Below are positions 16,894 to 24,354 of a stretch of 40,240 nucleotides of DNA, piece after piece. How positions within the stretch are numbered: position 1 is the first letter of the stretch; each line of letters begins with the position of its first letter. The notes beneath the pieces were generated by a model. That model ran no database searches and was not told the origin of the DNA. It saw nothing but the letters and a program-made list of their open reading frames with translations. The position numbers and the translations under genes were made by a program. This DNA comes from a virus. Lineage: Duplodnaviria; Caudoviricetes. The stretch is from IMG/VR virus record IMGVR_UViG_3300012971_000034, positions 1-40,240 of that record. The stretch is one strand, 5' to 3'.

Positions 16894-18101
16894 CGTCCGA
16901 TCCTGTAGCCAGAGAGATCCGCATAGGCGTAGCCAGCTCCCATCAAGTGATAGAGATCGAAGGCTGCAGTTTGTCCGACGTTCATCTTGCCGACGCACAT
17001 CACGCAGGCCGCGTTACCCTGGTTGCCGGCATCATTGACGTTCTGCTGACTGAAGTAGCCCATCGGACCAGTAATCCTGACGACCCAGCAACTTCCTTCT
17101 CTGACGCCGCCAGCGTAGGGAATGAACTGCGCCGTGAGCGAGAACACCCACCACCCATCTTCAGCGGCGCCAACGGTGAACCGGCCGCCTGATGAGTAGG
17201 TCGATGTTCGGAAAGATGAATTGTACATGCTCGCATTCGCTGGCACGAACGACGAGTCAGGAATGCTGATGCCGCTGTAATTCTGAGCGTGCCAGCCCAC
17301 CGCCGTAAGCGGCTCCCTGATGCTGAGCATCTGAAAGCTGGTGCCGTCGTAGACCATGAAACCGATAGCGTTGGGAAGCAAATCGCCATTGGCCATCGGA
17401 GTCTGATCCGGCCACACCAATGGCTTGGCCGGCATCGCGTCCATTTGGATCGTTACCGCGCCAGTATTTTGCAGCGTAAATTTAATGAGGAACGGATCGC
17501 CGGCCGTGAGCGAAATGATTGTCGGCGTGAATGTCGCAGTCAAAGCGTTCGCGGTCCCTCCAGCGACTGCGAACGGTATTTTAGTTGTGTAATTGTTGGT
17601 GGTTACCGTCGCGCCGGGAGGACCACGCCAATTTTCGATCTGCCATTTGGCGCCGTCGAAGGCCAAACACAGTACCTCGCCGGCAATGTAGTCGCCAGCT
17701 GCCAGTGCGGCGCCGCCAGCACGCACAACCGGATAGGCACCAATGGTGTTGAGGTTCAGCGTCGAAGGGCCAGGACAATCGTAGGCTGGCTTGATGCGAA
17801 TATCCATGCCGTAGAACAGCGCAAGCGGCGACGGATTAAGCGTCGCTTGCATCGCGCCTGCGGTGCCGCCGTCAACGCAAGCGTGAGTGATCCACGGATT
17901 TCTCTGCGTTGCCTGCCAGAGCTGTTGCAGGTTGCCGTTGTCGGGGTCCAAGCCGGACTGCAGGATTGAGTTGACGATTTCGCGCTGATCGAACTCGATC
18001 GCCTCGGCCGGCACGATCGAGCCTTGAATGCCAGCCGCGGGATTGCCGTTGATGTAGCTGGCATTCGTGTCCGTGATCCCGTAGGGCTGATTATATTTCA
18101 T
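16890..18101 (-). CDS. Tail fibre 1 (baseplate-attached)
   Basis: MKYNQPYG...NGNP...QREIVN attachment domain; two GGTA.A..AT..P...DG..(W/F)Q repeats; C-terminal beta-sandwich; GAGG SD. Confidence 0.85.
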   Translation of the reverse strand: MKYNQPYGITDTNASYINGNPAAGIQGSIVPAEAIEFDQREIVNSILQSGLDPDNGNLQQLWQATQRNPWITHACVDGGTAGAMQATLNPSPLALFYGMDIRIKPAYDCPGPSTLNLNTIGAYPVVRAGGAALAAGDYIAGEVLCLAFDGAKWQIENWRGPPGATVTTNNYTTKIPFAVAGGTANALTATFTPTIISLTAGDPFLIKFTLQNTGAVTIQMDAMPAKPLVWPDQTPMANGDLLPNAIGFMVYDGTSFQMLSIREPLTAVGWHAQNYSGISIPDSSFVPANASMYNSSFRTSTYSSGGRFTVGAAEDGWWVFSLTAQFIPYAGGVREGSCWVVRITGPMGYFSQQNVNDAGNQGNAACVMCVGKMNVGQTAAFDLYHLMGAGYAYADLSGYRIGR

Positions 18102-18111
18102 AGGTGTCCTC

Positions 18112-18813
18112 TCACGGTGTGCCGGCCATCGAGCCGCCAGTGACCAGGCTGGAATAATCAAACACGACTTCGGTGTGGGCTGGCTTCCAGCGGCGGATCA
18201 TGCATTCAAGATCGAGCGCCAGGCCGATGGTCAGCAGATGATCGATGCCGCATTGGCCGACGCCGCAGCGAAACCACGTCAGCCGCGCATTCATGACGTG
18301 CACGGTCCAGAAGAACCGCATTTCGGCCGGGCCGACGTACCAGCGCATATGATACTGATCACCGCCTGCAGCGATTTCTTCCGCGCTGGTATTGCCGCAA
18401 CGTGATACGCCGCTCATGAACGGCGCATATTCGGTGATGTAGATCGTGTAACCGAGAAACTGCGCCCACTTGATGAACCACTCGCGCGACTGCGCGCCGA
18501 GCAGCGTCATTTTCAAAAGCAAGATGCGGCGCCGATCTTCGAGCGTCATCGGCATCGGCGAGAAGCACGGATCGGGCAATCCCCAATTTCTTTCCCAGTC
18601 CGGTAGCAGCTCGGCAGTACGTCGCGGATCGCTTTCAATCTCCAGCAGATCGGCAGCGCGAGCGTCACAAAAGCCGAATACCTGCGCCAGGCCGCGCAGT
18701 GTCATTTGCATATTCGAATACGGAGTGCGGGGCCACGCTGGACCTTGCGGCAGCAGGTGACTCAACGCGCTCCAATAATCATCGCCGCTGCGTCTGACAT
18801 GAACGTCAGGCAT
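18112..18813 (-). CDS. Baseplate wedge protein, Mu gp48/YmfQ-like
   Basis: LLPQGPAW, ESDP...ELLPDWER.WGLPD.C, LEC.IRRWKPAHT. Confidence 0.9.
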   Translation of the reverse strand: MPDVHVRRSGDDYWSALSHLLPQGPAWPRTPYSNMQMTLRGLAQVFGFCDARAADLLEIESDPRRTAELLPDWERNWGLPDPCFSPMPMTLEDRRRILLLKMTLLGAQSREWFIKWAQFLGYTIYITEYAPFMSGVSRCGNTSAEEIAAGGDQYHMRWYVGPAEMRFFWTVHVMNARLTWFRCGVGQCGIDHLLTIGLALDLECMIRRWKPAHTEVVFDYSSLVTGGSMAGTP

Positions 18814-19882
18814 AAATGATGCTTCCGAGCACCGCCATGTAGCCGTTAGACGGCATCGGCGTGTCTTCAAAAACCAGGTTATAATGATTTACGTTCGGCG
18901 CTTGCGAGATCGCCATCTCGACCCATGATCGATAGATCGTCTGGCCTGGCAGCGCTCGCAGGAACAGCATCTGCTGCACCGATATCTCGATGCCAGCGCG
19001 CACATTCTCGTTGTCGGTGACCAGGCCTTTGATCGTGAATTCGATCTGCTGCGGGATCGGCGCCTCGGCCCAGAAGTCTTTGACCGTCACTGGCCGCACG
19101 CTGTCGATATAGGCCTGCACTGCATCGACGTCCTGCTGCAGCGGAAAGCCTTGCATGTCGGCCCGCAGATCGTCCGACATAAAACGGATGGTGACGGTGC
19201 CCGGCCCCATCTCTTGCGGATAGCACCAGGCGCGCGTCACCCCCGGCACCGCTTCGGCCCAGGCGACGTAGTCATCGCCGTCGCCGCCCATCGGTGGCTC
19301 ACGAATGCGCTGCAGAACTCGAGCCCGCAGCTCGTCGTCGGTCTCGGGATCGGCGCCGCCAACCATGCTGACGACGGTTGCCGTGCCACCGACACCAGGC
19401 GGCGGAGCTATGAACTGCATGGCTGTTTCAGGATCGAGATTGCTGTCAGCGCCAGCCACCACGGCAATCGTCGGGATCGGCGTCGGGCCAGCGCCGATGA
19501 TCACTTGTACTTGCGTCTCATATTGAGCCCCCGCGCCGACCGTCAGCTGTGAGGCCGAAGGGACGATCGAACCTTGCACACCCGTTGCTGAAATTGTGCC
19601 TTGTGCGAGCGTCGCTTGCTTGCGGCCGATGGTGCCATCGGAATTCAGCAACCAGATTTGGCCGTGTCGATCGAGCCAGACAGTTTCCGCAGTGTCAGGC
19701 AGCAGCTGCTTTGCCAACCAGTCAATGTACTGCAGCGTTAAATGTGCCAACGCGCCCATTGTATCGGACAGCACGCGAAGAATGCTGTTCGGCACATTGG
19801 CATCGGAGCCGGGCAGGTAGGCGCGAACGTTGTCGCGCACCAGGCCGCGCACATCGCGCAGCGTTGGCGTGGTCCACGGCAT
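18806..19882 (-). CDS. Baseplate J protein (Mu gp47-like)
   Basis: QLLPDTA...WLDRHG, GGADPETDDELRAR...PPMGG...DYVAWA..VPGV.RAW. Confidence 0.95.
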   Translation of the reverse strand: MPWTTPTLRDVRGLVRDNVRAYLPGSDANVPNSILRVLSDTMGALAHLTLQYIDWLAKQLLPDTAETVWLDRHGQIWLLNSDGTIGRKQATLAQGTISATGVQGSIVPSASQLTVGAGAQYETQVQVIIGAGPTPIPTIAVVAGADSNLDPETAMQFIAPPPGVGGTATVVSMVGGADPETDDELRARVLQRIREPPMGGDGDDYVAWAEAVPGVTRAWCYPQEMGPGTVTIRFMSDDLRADMQGFPLQQDVDAVQAYIDSVRPVTVKDFWAEAPIPQQIEFTIKGLVTDNENVRAGIEISVQQMLFLRALPGQTIYRSWVEMAISQAPNVNHYNLVFEDTPMPSNGYMAVLGSIIYA

Positions 19883-19884
19883 GC

Positions 19885-19977
19885 TTACCTCTGATGTTGA
19901 CTAAAGTTTTCTCGGACAAACCACGCAGCTAAGGCGATGCCGATTGCAATGATCAAACAGATGAATTCTTCGACCAC
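19885..19977 (-). CDS. Putative 30-aa single-TM micropeptide
   Basis: GTG start after GAGGGG; MVEEFICLIIAIGIALAAWFVRENFSQHQR; fills the gap between the gp46 and gp47 genes. Confidence 0.5.
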   Translation of the reverse strand: MVEEFICLIIAIGIALAAWFVRENFSQHQR

Positions 19978-19978
19978 T

Positions 19979-20503
19979 TCAGCCCCTCATGCTGTTCTGC
20001 AATTCATCCCAGGCGACGGTATAAAGCAGCTGGATCGCAGGGACGGGGCCTTTGTAGATGACGATGGTCGCATCGATGCGCTGCTTGGTCACACGGGCGG
20101 CTGTGGCCTCATAGCGCGATGCGATCTTGGCGCTGATGAACGGTTGAATTGCGAGCTGGATGTAGGCCAGCACCTTGGCGACCGTCGAGCCCTGGCGTGA
20201 TGCAACCGAGTCGATGCGCGAACGCCGCAGCAGCCACAATTTCGAGCCGACATTCCAGCCATTCCAGAGCACATCAGCATCGAGATTTCCCCACCAGCCG
20301 CAGCGATCGGTCGAGTCGGGATCAGGCAGTGCCTCGTCAACCGAGGCCAGATCGTTAGTGCCGAGCGCCATAACGATCGCCGAGGCCAGCGCCTGCGTAT
20401 CGTCAAGCGTACCGTCGTCGAGCAGCTGCCAGTCGATCGTCACCTCGTAATAGGGTGGCCGAAACGACTGGACCAGGCGGACGTCAGGCACGGTGCTGGT
20501 CAT
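19979..20503 (-). CDS. Baseplate protein, Mu gp46-like
   Basis: LASAIVMAL.T...DR.GWWG...GSKLWLLRR. Confidence 0.92.
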   Translation of the reverse strand: MTSTVPDVRLVQSFRPPYYEVTIDWQLLDDGTLDDTQALASAIVMALGTNDLASVDEALPDPDSTDRCGWWGNLDADVLWNGWNVGSKLWLLRRSRIDSVASRQGSTVAKVLAYIQLAIQPFISAKIASRYEATAARVTKQRIDATIVIYKGPVPAIQLLYTVAWDELQNSMRG

Positions 20504-20712
20504 GATCTTGGCCTGAGCTGCTCGATGATCCGCTGCTCGTGCACAGCTGCGTGCAGCAACTGGCGCCCGCAGGTGCCGGTAGGCAAATTGCGTTCTTTGG
20601 CGAGCCGCTCGATCAGCTCAAAGTCTGCAGCATCGAGCCGCAGTGTCAGCGAGCGAAAGTCGCTGCCTCGAAAGCTGACACAATTGGCAATATGGCGCTG
20701 TTGGTCGTTCAT
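20500..20712 (-). CDS. Ribbon-helix-helix (CopG/Arc-like) protein
   Basis: SLTLRLDAADFELIERLAKERNLPTGTCGRQLLHAAV; ATGA overlap with gp46; no clear SD. Confidence 0.65.
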   Translation of the reverse strand: MNDQQRHIANCVSFRGSDFRSLTLRLDAADFELIERLAKERNLPTGTCGRQLLHAAVHEQRIIEQLRPRS

Positions 20713-20739
20713 GTGTGCGACGCGCGATCGCGCGCTGCA

Positions 20740-20766
20740 TCTAATGATGCGAAAATCTCTAATGAT
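20740..20766. promoter_or_regulatory. Tandem 9-bp direct repeat, candidate RHH operator
   Basis: TCTAATGAT at 20740-20748 and 20758-20766, directly upstream of the RHH gene. Confidence 0.45.
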
Positions 20767-20771
20767 TTCGG

Positions 20772-21794
20772 TCAGCCGATGCGACCAGGCACATTGATCG
20801 TCGGTCCCTTGACGGTGACGATCAGCGCATACTTTCCTTTTTTCGGCGAGCCGCCGCAGTAGAACTTGGAGTCGCTGCTTACCTCGGCGAGTACCGTGCC
20901 TTGCTGCTGGCTGCTGCCGCCTGATCCGCCCGAAGTGCCGGCGCGACTTCCGCCGCCACCACCTCCGCCACCTCCGCCGCCGCCTTGTGCCATGATCAGT
21001 TGCACGATCTTGCCGGCTGCGCGTGTGGCGTCCTTGGTCATATCGACGAAAATCTTCGCCTTAGTGTTTTTATCCTTCAGGCTTTTCTGGCCCATCTTCA
21101 TGCTGCCCATTGAACCGAACGAGTTCGTCCCGCTGGTGGCGCTGCCAGTGCCACCTGTATCGTAGAGCGTCGGTACGCCAGGCTCTGGCTCGATGAGCGG
21201 TTCGATGATATCGCGGATTTTCCCGGCAGCGAGCGCTAGCAATGCCGCTTTATGCGCCGGACCTCCAGGCAGTTGCGCGGTTTGCTGTGCCTGGTAGCTC
21301 TGCGATGTCATATCCTTTTCAGAATTGTCATCGAGCAGCGCCATGCGATAGGTCTTGTCGTTCGGCGCATGGCCAAAAACGCCATCGCCCGTCATCAGAT
21401 GTTGCATCTTGCGACCCTGCGTCGAAAACATTCCGGAGTCGCCTTGATCCATCCCCATCAGCCGGTGCCGCCGATCGTCCATGTTGCCTGCAACTGGAAA
21501 TGATCGGTTGCCGCCCATAAACGACATGAATGTTTCGGCGCTGCTGACGATCTTGCTGATGGCGCTCATTCCGCCGCTGAGTCCGCTGCCGCCCAGGCTC
21601 TGCACTGCATTCATCACAACCGAGGTGAAGCCGTAATTCTGTGGCGACTCGATCGCAGACCGAGTCTCATTCTTCATGAAGTTGCCGAGCATCTCCTGCA
21701 TGAATTTCGAGTCGTCGGCCGAGCCGACAACCGAGCGCGAGCCGCCCGAGCTGTAGCCGCGGAAAGATGAATTGGAGCCAGTAGCACGGTGCAT
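20772..21794 (-). CDS. Baseplate spike/assembly protein, Mu gp45-like
   Basis: E.R..IESPQNYGFTS...GGNRS.PV....DRRHR...GDSG; GAGGA SD; poly-Gly linker. Confidence 0.85.
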   Translation of the reverse strand: MHRATGSNSSFRGYSSGGSRSVVGSADDSKFMQEMLGNFMKNETRSAIESPQNYGFTSVVMNAVQSLGGSGLSGGMSAISKIVSSAETFMSFMGGNRSFPVAGNMDDRRHRLMGMDQGDSGMFSTQGRKMQHLMTGDGVFGHAPNDKTYRMALLDDNSEKDMTSQSYQAQQTAQLPGGPAHKAALLALAAGKIRDIIEPLIEPEPGVPTLYDTGGTGSATSGTNSFGSMGSMKMGQKSLKDKNTKAKIFVDMTKDATRAAGKIVQLIMAQGGGGGGGGGGGGSRAGTSGGSGGSSQQQGTVLAEVSSDSKFYCGGSPKKGKYALIVTVKGPTINVPGRIG

Positions 21795-21803
21795 AATTTT
21801 TCC

Positions 21804-23033
21804 TCAGGGGAATGGAAGCGTGTCTTTGATCTGCTCGGCCGTCGGCGGAGCACCAGGCGGCTGATCGGGCGGCGTCGGGTTGAGGCCCTCGACTTCGGGC
21901 GAGTCATTGAGCATCCACGGCCAGACGCATTCCAGCGTGGTCAGCGAACCTTGATTGCGATCCTGCGTATAGGTGGCGCGGCGAATGCTCAGCTTGTTGT
22001 CGAGCATCGCCATTTTCGATTTTACCCAGACGCTGGTGCCGACGCGCCATAGATTGACGCCGTCATAGGTCCAGCCTTGGACCACGATAGTACACGTCAG
22101 CTTTGCCGCCTCGTGCCACTTCGCCTCGTTCCTGGCGCGATCGAGCAGCTCGGGCAGCGTGACCGGCTGCTCGGATGGCGTGATCAGGATCGACTCGTTG
22201 CAGCCGGTGCCGCCGACCGGCGGGCTCTCCTGCTCGCTGGCCGCCGTGCCGCTTGTCTCGTTGCTGGCTGCCATTTGACCGATGGCTTTGTAGTTGACGA
22301 AAGTTTCATCGACGTTAATGACTGCGTTCATTGCCTGAATATTGACGCCTTCGATCAGCGCCGCTCTCGGCTGCGTGTTGTAGATGCCGACCGCGACGGG
22401 CGGACCCGTATAGTCCGAGGCCAGAATGATGCCGCGCACCCGCGCCAGGCGTTCGAGAAAATCCCAATTCGACTCGCCGGGTTGATTTTGAACTTTTTGG
22501 AATTTCAGCGGATTGAGCACACCGACCACTAGCGGCGTGCCATAGGGCGATAAAACCTTTTTGTAAATTTCCTCGAACGACATTTGGTCGAAACTGCCGG
22601 TCTGCGAATTGACCGATGATTTGTAGGCCCAGCGGGATTTACCTTTGGCGGTGAATTGCACGCCATGATTATCGGCGTCGTAGGCGACTTGGCGCTCAAT
22701 GATGGTGCCGGTCATGGCGAGCTGGCCCGACAACCACACTTCAATGGTGTCGCACGGCTTGATTTGCAACAGCTGCCAGTAAGGCACGATATCGTCACGA
22801 CGCTCGGCGGCACTGAAGCGAGCAATATCGCACTCATCGTGCCAGCGCGTTTGCACCATTACGGTTTCCCAATCCTGAAATTCCTTAAGACCGACTTTCA
22901 GAACGGCAATGTCCTGACCTTGCGTACCGATAGCAGCTGGCGGAATGATGCCAAGCGGCGTCGGTGGCGCGCTCGAAAACTGCGGCTCTTGAGTTGGGCC
23001 AGTGACAACATCGGGAAATCGCGGATCAGCCAT
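21804..23033 (-). CDS. Baseplate hub protein, Mu gp44-like
   Basis: FQDWETV.V, TGTIIERQVAYD, QPGESNWDFLERLAR.RG, VQGW...LW. Confidence 0.9.
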   Translation of the reverse strand: MADPRFPDVVTGPTQEPQFSSAPPTPLGIIPPAAIGTQGQDIAVLKVGLKEFQDWETVMVQTRWHDECDIARFSAAERRDDIVPYWQLLQIKPCDTIEVWLSGQLAMTGTIIERQVAYDADNHGVQFTAKGKSRWAYKSSVNSQTGSFDQMSFEEIYKKVLSPYGTPLVVGVLNPLKFQKVQNQPGESNWDFLERLARVRGIILASDYTGPPVAVGIYNTQPRAALIEGVNIQAMNAVINVDETFVNYKAIGQMAASNETSGTAASEQESPPVGGTGCNESILITPSEQPVTLPELLDRARNEAKWHEAAKLTCTIVVQGWTYDGVNLWRVGTSVWVKSKMAMLDNKLSIRRATYTQDRNQGSLTTLECVWPWMLNDSPEVEGLNPTPPDQPPGAPPTAEQIKDTLPFP

Positions 23034-23702
23034 TCACATACTCAGCGCTAAACCAGACGGCGGGCAGAACGCCGGATGGATGATTTTATTTTCAGCGCGG
23101 ATTTGATCGGCTCGGCCGGCATCAGCATAAAGCCGATAAGCAATCACCAGGCTCGGCAGTACATCGGTGAACTGATAACCGACCAGCTGCGGCAGCGGGA
23201 TTGCCGTCACCACCAGGTGATTGGTCAGCGATGCCTGCAGCTCGACCAGCGCCATATAGGTCGCCTGGTCCATTTCGTCGGCTGCAATCTCGACAGCGTT
23301 GCTGAATGGCGTGCGGATCGCTTTCAACAGCGCATCAACATCCTGGCGGCTGATGAATTTCGTGCCGGCGATGATTTCGCTTTCGAGTGCCAGGCAAAAC
23401 TGAATGATGGAATTCTGCATCAGCACGCCGCCGAGCGTGATCGGCTGCTCGATGTCGGTCCATACCCGCACCTGGTCGATCGCCGGCTGCGTCGCGCCAG
23501 CCTGCAGGCAGAGGTCGAACGCATTCTGCAATGGTGGCCCGAGCTGATCGGCGCGCAGCCAGATGTAGGCATTCGCATTGACCAGGCCGATTGCGCTGCG
23601 GGCATTAGCGCCTTGCTCGCCAGTCGTGGCGATCGTCTCGGCCAAATGCCTCATTGCGCGCTGCACGATGGCCTCGGCCTCGCGTGCGTCTTTTTCTTCC
23701 AT
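23034..23702 (-). CDS. C-terminal half of a Mu gp43-like DNA circularisation / tube initiator protein
   Basis: C-terminal LPSLVIAYRLYADAGRADQIRAENKIIHPAFCP (LysM-like). Confidence 0.82.
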   Translation of the reverse strand: MEEKDAREAEAIVQRAMRHLAETIATTGEQGANARSAIGLVNANAYIWLRADQLGPPLQNAFDLCLQAGATQPAIDQVRVWTDIEQPITLGGVLMQNSIIQFCLALESEIIAGTKFISRQDVDALLKAIRTPFSNAVEIAADEMDQATYMALVELQASLTNHLVVTAIPLPQLVGYQFTDVLPSLVIAYRLYADAGRADQIRAENKIIHPAFCPPSGLALSM

Positions 23703-23706
23703 GTCG

Positions 23707-24354
23707 TTAGCCTGGCGGTGTGAAGACTGGCGTTTGGAACGGCGGCGGCGGCACCTGCGGCGGGATCACTACGCCGCTGGGTTGATACGGCGGCGGCGGC
23801 GACTTCACTGGCCCCTGCGCCAGCACGGCTTGAACACGAGCCTTCAAAGTTTCGGCATTAGCGACCACCTGCTGAAAGCTGCTGATGCCCTGATAGACCG
23901 GCTTGATGCCGTACTCGACGAAAGACATGTCGAACGTTGCATAGCCGCCGAACCGTTCTTCTTCGGTCCAGCGATAACGCGTGCACATCACATAAAGCGG
24001 CGGCAGTGTCGGCAGCTGCAGGATGCCGGGCTGCCCTTCGTCAAGCACTTGCATCAGATTGTTGCGCGGCGTCCGATAATCGCGCTGGTAAAGCGGCTGG
24101 CCGGTATTGAACGGATAGGCGATGCAGTAACCGCGGATCGTGAATTCATAGGCGCGGCGACCCATTGGCTCGGCGTAAGGAATATCCCGCTTCGGAAATT
24201 CGTGCAGCACAACGTGCGTGCCGTTCTCACGCGACACTGACTCGCAATGAAATTGCTGGCCGCGAAATGTTGCTGGCAATAGTTGATCGCGCCACACCGT
24301 CGGCGGTTGACCGTGGCGCTGCGCAATGTCCGACAGATCGAAGATAGTCGCCAT
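23707..24354 (-). CDS. DNA circularisation protein N-terminal domain (Mu gp43-like)
   Basis: WRDQLLPATFRG..F...HEFPKRD.PYAE.MGR...G.L.LP...F.MSFVE. Confidence 0.9.
   Translation of the reverse strand: MATIFDLSDIAQRHGQPPTVWRDQLLPATFRGQQFHCESVSRENGTHVVLHEFPKRDIPYAEPMGRRAYEFTIRGYCIAYPFNTGQPLYQRDYRTPRNNLMQVLDEGQPGILQLPTLPPLYVMCTRYRWTEEERFGGYATFDMSFVEYGIKPVYQGISSFQQVVANAETLKARVQAVLAQGPVKSPPPPYQPSGVVIPPQVPPPPFQTPVFTPPG

Noticed and set aside
14607-18101. Diversity-generating retroelement or invertible fibre cassette
   Set aside because: No reverse transcriptase, invertase, adenine-variable repeat pair or inverted fibre fragment seen; the repeats are old protein-level duplications
20951-20985. Poly-Gly GGN repeat in gp45 as a phase-variation tract
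   Set aside because: Mixed-codon triplet repeat keeps the frame; most likely a flexible linker
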